Of a stretch of DNA of 64,000 nucleotides, positions 52,334 through 63,390 are shown in pieces. The stretch comes from Amoebophrya sp. A120 (Eukaryota > Protista > Dinoflagellata): the NCBI GenBank assembly GCA_905178155.1, contig CAJINV010000008.1, positions 1,240,001 to 1,304,000 on the forward strand. The letters are read 5' to 3'. The notes below the pieces were generated by a model that saw only the letters and a program-made list of their open reading frames with translations, was not told the origin of the DNA and did not search any database. The translations under genes were made by a program, and so were the position numbers. Numbering within the stretch: the first letter of the stretch is position 1; the number at the start of each line of letters is the position of its first letter.

Positions 52334-55300
52334 ATGGATCAGAATCCATTAGACCATTGTGGCACTGCTAGTAGACGGGACGGCAGCTCCACGGACCCGG
52401 GAAATGGGGAGGCGGTCATCGGAATCGATGACCTGCCGGACCACGCCGCCATTGCCGGGGCCGCCGGTGTTGCAGGTACATCAGACGAAGATCACGGTGG
52501 TGGTGCGCTAACTGATATGAAACCTCGGGGGCGCGATCCTCGGAGACCACCAGTGCCCGGCGCTGATCCGCCACTCCAGTCCGCCCCATCTGCCATAGCA
52601 GGAGAGAGCGATGAACCTGAAGAGCCGCTTCCACCATCGAGCGCCCTGGTAGATGATCAACAAGGAGGTTTCGCACCGCAAGCAGGTGCGACGTCGGCGC
52701 ATCTTGCCGGCAGCTTTCTGGATGAAAATCCTAACGCCTTTTACCCAGAGAGCAACCTGCCCTGCAAGACGGGCATTCTCGTCCCTATGACCATCCAGGC
52801 GGAGAAGCGGCGTCTTTTTCACACCCAGATGCCGGAGCACCTGGAACCTTGCTTCCCGCCACTTGAGGTGCCACCGACAAACCCATCAGGCGGCGGCCCA
52901 GGAGGTGCACAACCTGTGCCCGTCCCCGCCCCGCCTTTTGGCTCGTCCGCGGGCGGATTCCATACCAGTGGAGGCGCGGGCAGCAGTCGCATGGGAACGG
53001 CGGCAGGCGGTGGGGGCTCTTCCTCGACCTCTGCCTACCCACCACCCTCGAGCAGTGCAGCTTTTCTGGGCCAGCACTCGACTGCACTGGGTGCTGACCG
53101 AGAGTCAGCTGGAGCAAAGACGACCGGAGTGAGTGACTACAGTATGGGCACCAGTGGGAACATTCTGGAGGAAGTCTATCGTCACGAGGCGGACCGCATC
53201 GCGAATCCGGAAAAGTGTATGAATCGCATTGTCTACGATTCGGTCGACCCGAGCCCTTTCCTCCAACAAAGAAACGGCAATCCAGAGGGTGAAGGCACAA
53301 CCAAGGGACCCTTTTTTTCCGAAAAAAAGCGGAAGAAGCACAAAGAAAAATCAAGCACAACTCCAGCATCGAAGCTGCTTACGGGTAACACTGGCTGCGT
53401 GACGCACGAGCTGGATCCGTGGTATCCGCTCGCGAACGCTCCTCGAGTCTCAGAGCAATTGCTGCACGTAAACTCTTTTTCGCGCAACACGAGCAAAGAT
53501 TCCTCTTCGTCGTCCGGTACCAGCAAGGACAGCAACCGCAGCACGGTAACGAGCGTGGCCGAGCTGCAGAGCAGCAGTTCCTCGTCTGCCTGTATCGGAA
53601 AGAAAATCTGGTGCGCCTAAGTGCGATCGATGAACCACGGCACGTCCTCGACGTATTCTAGTCATCCAAGAAAAGCAGGATCCGATCTTCCCATCTCTTC
53701 TAAGTAGGTGGCGAGTATCAACAGAAGGGAGGAGTAGATATGAATAGATTTTGTAATATAATAACTCGCTTGCACCTACACCTGCACACCTAATAGTGCG
53801 TCGCTTCGTCGTCCAGATTTTCGAGCGCGAAGCCGATACTGGCAGTGATTTTTTTCAGGCACATTTTCCACCACTTTGTATTCAAAGGCGGTCCTGCTGT
53901 GCCTTTTTCATCTCGCCGTGATTTTATTGTGGCAGCACTTCTGCTTCTGACGTTCCATAGCTTGTTCTTCGACTGCCGCGCCAGTGAACCTTTGTGGCAC
54001 GACGACCTGCAATGGAGGGATAGGGAACAAAACGAGCACCACATCGAACAAACTGAAAAACAACTCGAACTGCAACCCCATGTCAAGCAGTGCTGCCTCC
54101 GGTAGTTGCTCGCTGCGACAGGATCATGATGCCGATGCGGACACGACACTGCAGTTTGAGTCGAGATTCGAGAGCGGGAACCTGCGGCGCGTCGTCCAGG
54201 TTTCGGCGTTCGAATATGACTTGGTTTTGAACCCGGACTACAACACGACGTCGCACGCGCAGTGGTTCTATTTTCGTGTGGCGAACACGCGGAAAAACGT
54301 GCGGTACCGGTTCAATTTGATCAACATGATCAAGCCCACGTCCTTGTACAACGAGGGCATGCGGCCCGTGGTGTACAGCATGCGCGAGCACAACGACCCG
54401 AGCATTGGCGGGAAGTGGATGCGCGCGGGGGAAAAGTGTGCCTACTACCAGAACGGTATTGCCAAGCTATCCCACGAAAAAACTGCTTCACTGTGATGAT
54501 TTTGCAAGATTTGCATCACAAGTTTGTTACACATGAAGAAGAAAACTTGGCATGCGTGCTTCCTAAGGGAAAACACTGCTAAAAATCCAATGTCTTGCAT
54601 GTGTAGCAAGACAAACACATTTGCGTTCCGTTCTATGCATCACAAGTTTACAGTGAAACAGTTTTTTCTTGCGATACAAGCGGCGCGGGGTCTACTACAC
54701 GCTCACCTTTCAGATCGCCTTTTCCTACGACTTCGACGTGGTTTACGTGGCATATGGCGTTCTCAAATGTTACATTCTAAATTGTTACATGAATTTGTAA
54801 TGCGAGAACGGCAAAAGTGAATGGGGGAAGCTTGCGCCTTTTGCATCACAGATTTGGCACTGATTTACATGCTGTTTAGCCCCTTCGAAGATTTGTCGTG
54901 CGAAGCAGCTTAATGGTGGCGATCTTGATGGCAAATTTGCATGGCAAATCATGTAACAGTTGAGAGTGTAGTAACATTTGAGAATCCCATATGGCGCAGT
55001 GCTATCCGTACACCTACACCGACCTGCAGTACGATTTGTCAAAAATCGAGGAGGACGCGAAGCCCCGCAACTGCTTCCGCCGCCGCAAACTCTGCGAGAC
55101 GCTGGCTGCGAACGCCTGCGACCTGATAACGATCACAAACTTCGCGGCGCCTCCACCCGCTAGCGCAGCGACCGGTGTGCAGGGGAAAAACGGCGCGTCA
55201 GCCTCAGCCGGCAGCAGCACAACTCGTGCCGTCTCATCTACAACAGGCCCTACAACCGCGACGGCGACGTTCAATCACCTGCGAGATCGGTTCGGCGTGG

Positions 55301-57053
55301 TTATCACTGCGCGGGTCCACCCGGGGGAAACCAGCGCCAGCTGGGTGATGAAGGGGATTCTAGAGTTTCTGAGCGGACCGAGCCGCGAGGCGGAAATTTT
55401 GCGCGACAAGTTCGTGTTTAAGCTGATCCCCATGCTGAACCCTGATGGTGTGGTGGTGGGAAACTACCGCTGCAGCCTAGCTGGCCTAGACTTGAACCGT
55501 CGGTGGCAGGAGCCAAGTCGCAAGCTGAATCCCACGATCTACTTCACGAAAAATCTGTATGGAAGTGGTGCGAGCTGGCGGGAAGTCGTCATTTAAATGG
55601 TGACTAGGTAGGTTTTTATGTGGTCGAATAGCGGTCGTAGCGCTACTTACCGAGGACTTGCAGCTCGAACGAACGCTGTCGCGTGCCGCTCCTTAGCGAA
55701 AGAAAGAATAGCTGGCCTTATTTTTCCTAATTTGTACGGCTTTACCTTTATATGCGTGGCCCGCCCAGCATTGAGCGCAAGCTTGTACAAGTACGAGGTC
55801 TATTTTGAAAAATTAGCGACTCTCTGCATGGCTGCACTCCGATAATTTGATCAAGCGACTTCTGGAGGATCGGGACATTGCGCTTTTTCTCGACATTCAC
55901 GGTCACTCGCGGAAGAAAAACATATTCATGTACGGAAACATCCCGGCGGAGGAGCAGGAGTTTGGGGTGGAGCGAATCTTTCCGAAACTGCTGTCGCAAA
56001 ACTCTGACTACTTCTCCTTTCCGGACTGCAACTTCAAGCGGGTCAAAGAGAGCACAGCGCGGTGTGTCGTCTACAAAGAATTCGGGATTGTCAACTCGTT
56101 CACGCTGGAGGCAAGTTTTTGCGGCCCCAGCATCGGACGGCTCAGGGACAACCATTTCAACACCCATCATGTACATTTGTCATTGGCCAATTGAATTCTT
56201 ATTTATTTGTCTTTCTCTTTACATGTGTTGCAGAAAATGATCTTTTCGAGCTGTACCAACGTTGGCTCTAGGCTGTGAGTAGGTCAAGCAAATAAAACGC
56301 ATCGAGCAGAGTAGTCTGGATATGGCGCCGACCAGAAACAATATCCAGCACATGCACGGCATAGAAAAGTGTACGCTTTAGTCTTAGAAAGATATCGGCG
56401 TGTTGCCGGAGCAGTATGCTGCATCAAATTAACCGAAAAAAAATCAGTTGGAGCGAATGGGCGCGGATTTGTGTAAGACGCTTCTCGATTACGAGAACCA
56501 GCAGAAGCTGTCGCAACTGGCGAAGGAGTTGGCGCAGAGTAGCGGTTCCATCAATTGCGACAGCGAAGATGGGAGCGACGTCGAAGAGGTGCCGAGCGAC
56601 ACGGGCGGCGCAGAGAACGGCAATCGAGGCACCAACTTACAAGTGGTGGGTAGTGGAGCAACCGCTTCGAGCAGTCTGGCACACGGTGGTCAAGGTCAAC
56701 AATATCTGGGAGACTCAACAGCAGCTGTCTCAGACGGTGTATTCAATGATCATCAAGACGGCCGGGTGGACTTACTCGGCAACAGTGCGCGCCGTGGAGG
56801 GCCTCCTGCGCAGCATTTGGCTACCTCGAGCGCGGTCGTTACTACGACGACACCACGGGGTGGGTACTACAACTCCACCGGCGCTGCTCCTCTAGACGCG
56901 GGTGGAAACGTTAATCTTCTTTCGGTTTTCAGTGCGAGTGGTGCGGAAGCGAAGAAAATGCAAGTTCCGTCGACGCCGGTGAAAAAGAAGAAAAGTGGGA
57001 ATTCGGAGAAAAAGCAAAAGTCCTTGACCAAGAAGACCCGTAGTTCCAACTGA
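52334..57053 (+). CDS. Cytosolic carboxypeptidase (M14D, Nna1/AGBL tubulin deglutamylase family)
   Basis: Motifs FESRFESGNL, QWFYF, YYTLTF, CYPYTY, ARVHPGE, PMLNPDGV, GNYRC, DLNR, DIHGHS and SFTLEAS; 4 introners plus a GT-AG intron at 56171-56447. Confidence 0.92.
53593..53959. mobile_element. Older introner, TSD GCCTG/GCTTG
   Basis: tatcggaa...ttccata; removal joins ORF 52307 to ORF 53984 in frame. Confidence 0.7.
54468..54676. mobile_element. Introner, TSD CAAGC
   Basis: 27-bp TIR tatc.ca.gaaaaaactg.ttcactgt; removal gives IAK|RRGVYYTLTF. Confidence 0.93.
54753..54991. mobile_element. Introner, TSD TGGCA/TGGCG
   Basis: TIR tatgg..ttctcaaatgttac; removal gives VYVA|QCYPYTY. Confidence 0.92.
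55558..55844. mobile_element. Older introner, TSD ATCTG/ATTTG
   Basis: tatggaagtggtgc pairs with gctgcactccgata; removal gives TKNL|IKRL. Confidence 0.75.
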
Positions 57054-58356
57054 TGAAGTTCCTTTATTTCATCCCTGAGCTCCCGTTCATGATCGCTGAC
57101 GATCAGCACGAGAGTGCGGATCATCAAGTGGAGGTGGAGCCGTGGAAATATTAAGCCGTGGTAGTTCTTTCTACTATGTCTATGTGGCCCCCGCCCGTGT
57201 TTCTTCGCTATAACTTTGCGTCGTGTCTTCACGCAAATAATGTGATCCAGATTTCGTGTCTTTGACTTCGTCTCTTCGCAGACACGGTCGCAAAAACATG
57301 CGCGTCGTGACCTCTTCTTTATTTCTCATATTTGTGATCGTTCGAGTTGCAGCTATCGAGGAACTTCTCCGCGCCCCTTCGCCGCTGATGTTGCATTTGG
57401 AAGCTGGGGCTACCTCATCGTGAGCAGATAGTGAAACATAATATCGCCGGCGCTCTTGTTGCCGCAATCTTTACGCAGGTGGAACCATGAGTACAGGGAA
57501 AAAACAGAAGAACGCACCGGCAGTTGCATCAGTCACTTACACCATTACAGTTGCGGGGCTTCTCTGGCCGCAAAGAGTAGCATGATCCAGGTGCCTAGAA
57601 CGGTGCAGGATGAAAACGAAATTGAAACACAAAGACGTGCTAGGAGGCGGCTATGAAATAGCTGCAGGGTTTCAAAAATTTATCGTAAGAGCGATCCCGA
57701 TCGCGATTGCTCTTCGAAATTAGGCCCGCGCATTGATTAACGCGACGCGACTGTAACTGCACTTGGACGTTGTATATATGATTGTTGCATGTGTACTACT
57801 ACTAGTGCTAGTGTCATAGAAGTCATCACGAGATGGAAGCACAAGCTTTAGCAGCTTAGCTTTTGTGGATAGAGAATAGCCAAAGGAGCGGACGCAGAGC
57901 AAGGCACTCACAGCGACGGGTCAGAAAGCAAGAACGTCGGTCGCCGGAATATCGTGCTTGAGAAGATTCAAGACCAATTATAATCGTCGCAGAAACTCCT
58001 CCATGCCGCCCCTCCCGCTAGCACTAGTGATAGACAAAGATTGCTCTTCGGGTTTCATTTGCTACGAACTTATCATACCCCATTCGCGTGAAGATGAGAT
58101 GATTTAGACTTTATAGACACCATTGCTTCTTCGTATTTTCATTTTCGTAAATAGCTGCGTCTGATTGCGATTTCCGTATATCTGGGAGCAAGCTTCTTGA
58201 TTCGTGACTAAGTAAAACCAGAGGGAGGTCCACGGGGCCGGGGGTAAGAGGAGCCGCAGGCACGCATTCTTCCCCAAGGACGTGCTTTCGGGATTACAAC
58301 TTCTCATCCACCCTAGAGGAGCAATCGATTCGTCGGCGAAAGGAGAAACCGGCCCC

Positions 58357-60376
58357 ATGACGACGTCCTTCCAGACGATAGAGCCGCCTGCCGGCATGGG
58401 AGAGCGGCACGCAGGACCTGCACTTGCGGCGCAGGCTCAGATGAGTATGACGCATCGGCAATTTAGCGACGAAGAGATAAAGGAGGTACTACCTCCTACG
58501 TGGTCATTCTAATGTTTACCCACGTCTTTGACTTTGATGACCCTGCAACGTCGGCGCCTCTGCGCTGTCCCCAGGAGAAAGCGATCCTCTCAGTATTGTA
58601 AAGAGTTTCTAATAGAAACTCTTCAGTATTGCGAAAAGGAAAGTGACAGTAGCATTGCGAAGATGCGGTCGCTTATTAAGGCACTTTTCAACAACTTATG
58701 ACAGGCATTTGAAACGTTTGATTTGGACAACAATAATTTTGTCGGAGCGGCAGAAATCAAGCACATTCTTGGCCTTGTGGGCGAGAAGGCAACCGACGAT
58801 GAGGTCGACGAAATGATACGGATGTGCGACGCCGATGGAGACGGGCAGGTCACGTTTGACGAATTTTACAAGTTGATGTCAAACCCCTACAAGGAGCGAC
58901 CACTCCCCACGATGCCCAAAACGCAGTTCGTTATCGCAGCGCATCCCCGTCTGGGGCCCACCGCACCGAAGGGTGGCATCGATAAACCTGTGCCAAAAAC
59001 TAAGGTGGCCGAGGTTCTGCAGGACGTCATCACGCAGCTAGCGGGCGGTATACCTCCATCAACACTTTTTGATGTACCAACTGAATTTGGCAGTGCTGAA
59101 ATATAATTACGCGGGCGCGCGCTATTGAATTCGTTAGAGTTGTCTCAGGACGAGTTGGTTTTTTGCGTACATCCACACGGCCACTTCGACGCAGAACGAG
59201 GACCGGGACTCGTGCTGCAACCATAGATTTTTGTGAGATTGCTTCGATGTCGACGAATGCGAATGGTATTTTTATTTCTTTTCTCGTCCTCATCTCAGGT
59301 GGTCGGCTGAAGCCAAGTCACATCAAGAAAATTTACAAGTCGTTTCAAGCGGTGGATAAAGACGGCACGGGTTTTGTAGATTACCCCGAGTTCCTGGAGG
59401 TCCTGAAGCAAAACGACTCCGCCATCATGAAAGAGGTCTTTAAACTGTTCGACTTGGATATGGATCTGTCAGGATTGAAATCGTCAGAGTTGAGATGATT
59501 TGTGACGCATGCAATGGATACTAGTTACGTTAGAACTACAGTTTGTAGTCGCTGCGTGACAAATTTTGTCCGTACGGGAGGCCAATTTGTCATGCTGCTT
59601 AGGGCAAAGGGGCTCCCCTCTGTGATGCTAATCAGCAGCCCAATTCTCGACCCTTACCAGCACTACAATCTGCCTCCCTTGCGTCCTCTGCAAGAGAGGC
59701 AATTTCTGTGTTGCATTCTATGCAAGACAAACTATTGCAACTCTGACGATTTCGATCCTGACGCTTCCATATTGGACTTCAACGGGACGGTCGAACTGAA
59801 GGAGTTTGTGACGGTCCTTTCCTCCTTCACCACCGCAACCAAGACTGACAAACTCAAATTCGCATTCATGATGTTCGTATGCGAGGCGGAAGCAAAAACT
59901 CCTCGATGCTCACGTGAAGGTTGTATGCGTGAAGACGCGAAGAACGACATGCAGGTCTATGCAAATAGAAATAGTTGTTGCAAGTAGGAGAAGGACCTGG
60001 ACCACTAAACCTAAAGCAAGAAAAAAATGATGACTCGCTCGCCTTCTTCGCTATTGCAAGTATGATGTGGGAGCTTCTTCTAAATTCAAATTCGCATTAT
60101 CGTCGATGGGGGCGCTGTTCCGCTGCATAGCTGGACGAGGACGGAAGCGGGCAGCTGGAGCGTGCAGAGTTGGAGCGTATTCTGCGCGCAAATTTTATGA
60201 CCGCGAACCTCCTCCAAAACGAGATTGAACGCAAGGCGGAGGACATATACAAAGCCATCGGGCTTGACAGCGGCACGCCTTTGACGTACGAGCAGTTTAT
60301 GGACCTTTCGAAGTCCCACATAGAGCTGCTGTACCCTGTCGCACAGATAAAAAAGACCATCAACGATCGTGCGTAG
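58357..60376 (+). CDS. Multi-EF-hand calcium-binding protein (calmodulin-like pair plus calcineurin-B-like region)
   Basis: EF loops [48 protein letters not shown] and [12 protein letters not shown]; GT-AG introns 58486-58704 and 59048-59298 plus two introners. Confidence 0.85.
59459..59771. mobile_element. Introner, TSD TTGGA
   Basis: 34-bp TIR tatgga...gtcaggat.gaaatcgtcagagttg; removal rebuilds the EF loop FDLD|FNGTVE. Confidence 0.95.
59878..60129. mobile_element. Older introner (TSD degenerate, GTTCG/GCTGG)
   Basis: tatgcgaggcggaag pairs with gttccgctgcata. Confidence 0.7.
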
Positions 60377-61434
60377 ATGAAATGAGAAGACGGAACAAGA
60401 GGAGGCGTTGTTCCTTCGGCGAATTCGCAGAAGCAGAAACTGAAACCGGGTAGCTCCTGTGCAGTGCAGACGCGATTGGGCTGATCTTAAGTGGAGATGA
60501 GAATGTTGTAACTGGACTTCACTTTGATGTGAGAACGGCTGTCCTCGTCCGCCAGGCCTTAATCGCAGAACAGCAAACGTGAGCAACAAATGTGTGGTGC
60601 AAATGGAAGTTGGTTTCAGTACGCGAAACTGCTGCTTGCGAATGAACTTCTTTCGAAGAAAAGGCGCTTCTTGATTATCCGCTTCATCGGCCCCAATATT
60701 TGAAGATTTTCTTGAACTTGATGTTTCCTACGAGGGCGTCAGGCTCCCGGTCGAACCCGGAAGTTGCGAGCAATTTTGACTGCAAATTTGAACACCGGAG
60801 GAGCCGCTCGAAAGAGGCGTCAGCACTTTCATTCCACGAAGCTCACCACAATGAATCGGTCCTCTGCATCTGCAATTAATCGCAACGTCGCACGCACATC
60901 AAGATGCCGCCGTAAAAATATACAGGAAAAAAATGAAAATCTAAATCACTGCTGCGAGAAAGATAAAGGAGAAGCTTCGGAACAAGCTCATGACAGTTCA
61001 TCTTCACACAGATGAGGCGGCGCGTTCTAAGAGGTTAGCTTTTGTAACTGGATCAGAAATAGCAATAGGCTTCCATCGTCGACGATCAAATCTAAAGTCG
61101 AAAGCAATATGCGATATTCGGTTGTGTCCGCGTCTTGATTGCTTTTCGGTTATGATCATTATCGGTTACAACTGACCTAAACCGACGGCTGTTGATGGCA
61201 GACGTTCCCAGTGCCGGTGAGCATTGCTTCAGGCTTTGGGCAGTTCCTCCTATTGTCTCTTTTCTTTCGTGTCTTTTTTGGTTCACACCTGGCGCACTTG
61301 GCGATCATGTTGAGCTACAGTAAATTATAATTACCTCGGATATTTTTGATTTTGTGATTTTCATTTTGATAGGGAATTGGTTGGGTGCGCGGAGGTCGAG
61401 TTTGTCGCATCGGTCGCAAGACCGCCAGAAGAAA

Positions 61435-63390
61435 ATGTCGACCTCCATCGACATTCCTAAATATGCGTCCGAGTTCGTCGGGACCTACATCCTGGTGCTC
61501 ACCATCGGATGTAATGTCCTCGGTGGCACCGCGGTGTGGGCGGTCACCTCGATTGCCTGCGCTCTGATGGTAAGCATCTACGCCTTCGGTGCAGTCTCCG
61601 GGGCGCACTTCAATCCTGCGGTCACACTCTCCATTGCTCTCACGAACAAAATGCCCGGGGGGTTTAAGGAAGCTGCCATCTACATGGTACCACTCTGCAT
61701 TTGGAAATTGTTCTTCATTGGCGGCGTCCGTTGGAAAAAGAAAAAAGAAAAAACACAAGCTTCGTATGGAGATTCGATGATGTTATGGCTGGCAGTGAAG
61801 CTGCAGCTGTAGTAGCTGTCTTCTAAAAATTGTTCGTGTCGTACTGTAAGAGACCTCGAACAGACACTGAAAGTCGAGGAGGATGACATTGCCATAAAAT
61901 CGTAAAGACAATCTAAATCGCAGGCCGTGCAGCTCGCGGGCGGTATCTGTGCTGGGTTTACCTACCTCGGGCTGTTCAAAACGGCATTTGAACTGGGCCC
62001 AGGAAAGGGCCACACCTGGCTCGCGGCCGGCGTAGTGGAATTGCTGTACACAGCCATGCTGTGCTTCGTGGTGTTGAACGTGGCCTGCGCGTCGGCCAGC
62101 ACGGACAACCAGTACTACGGGCTGGCCATCGGGTTTGTGGTTGTCGCGGGAGGCTATGCGGTGGGCACCATTTCCGGGGGTTGCTTCAACCCCGCCGTCT
62201 CCTTCGGTATCGACCTGGCCAGCTACGACAAGGGCGTCTACATGTGCTTCGTGTACCTCGTGTTCCAGATGATCGGCGCCGCGCTCGCGGCCGGGCTCTT
62301 TCGCCTGGTCCGCGCGGAGGACTTCGGCGGCGTGGCGAACACGCTGAACAGCAAGTTGATCGCGGAAGCCGTCGGAACCTTCGTACTCACCCTCACCGTG
62401 GGCTTCAACGTGCTCACGGCCTCCGCCGCGGGCGCGTACTCCATCGGGGCCAGCTTGATGTGCATGATCTACGCGCTGGGGAACGTTTCTGGCGCGCACT
62501 TCAACCCGGCGGTAACGCTGGCCGTGCTGTTGTCCGGGCGGGACATCATCTCCACCAACGATGCGCTGAAGTACATGGGGGTGCAGACCCTGGCCGCCAT
62601 GGTGGCCGGCCTCACCTACATGGGCGTGCTGGGCATGTCTTTCCGCGTGGCGCCGGGACTGGGCTGGTTCAAGACGGGACTGGGCGAGGTCGTCTACACC
62701 GCCCTGCTCTGCTTCGTTGTGCTCTCGGTCGCCACGGTCAAGAAGCCGTCCGCTGATATGTTCGGCCTCGCGATCGGCTCGGTTATCACCGTCGCGGGCT
62801 TCGCCGGCGCAAGCATGGGAGTGGTACATTTTAACTTATGTTCAGTTACCACTGTGTTTTCTCTTTTTTCTTACATTCTGTCCATGCCGTACTGAACACG
62901 GATTGTTTGACAAAACTAAATCTAAAACGACAAAAATTAATAAAGGTATTGAACCCGGCGTACGAAATTGTAATGCGCGCATTCACAAGCTCACTGCGTC
63001 CAAACCCGACATGTGTTGTTATGGATTGCCTGTCTGAACTGGTTTACAAGAATTCCAAATGCCACTCGTTACAGGAAATTCCTCTACAAGTTCATTTCAT
63101 GCTTAAAAGTACATTGTGCGTGCATCTATAAAGCCTGGTCCTGCCAGATATGACCATTTTTTCGTTCGCGGTTAAATTGCGCAGAGCGGCGATTGCGTGG
63201 ACTTTCGTCTTTCCATAGCGGTGTCGGAATCGGCATCGATTTCACGAACATGGTGAAAGGCGGACACTTCGGAAACTCTCTGCTGTATACCTTGCTGGAG
63301 GGTGTCGGCGCTGCCGCTGCCGTTGGACTCTTCAAAACCGTCCGCCCTGCTGAGTACGACGCCGTAAAACCCGGAAAGTTGATGCCGTAA
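61435..63390 (+). CDS. Tandem (two-MIP-domain) aquaporin
   Basis: Four NPA boxes (HFNPAV, CFNPAV, HFNPAV, VLNPAV); the last lies on a micro-exon at about 62946-62960; introns 61687-61924, about 62824-62945 and about 62960-63221. Confidence 0.9.
62961..63217. mobile_element. Degenerate introner
   Basis: tacgaaa...cgcattc versus gattgcg...tttccata; removing the element plus 5 nt gives NPA|VGIGID. Confidence 0.55.

Noticed and set aside
53588-55849. TSD mismatches always synonymous
   Set aside because: True for three carboxypeptidase sites but not for 6184 or the degenerate copies, and the sample is too small.
5394-59776. Hypothesis that every TSD supplies a GT/GC donor
   Set aside because: TSD CAACA (6179) has no G and TTGGA has no GT/GC. 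The frequency of G is about what chance gives in coding DNA.
61783-62829. 348-aa minus-strand ORF and similar antisense ORFs
   Set aside because: These are shadows of GC3-rich + strand coding sequence.
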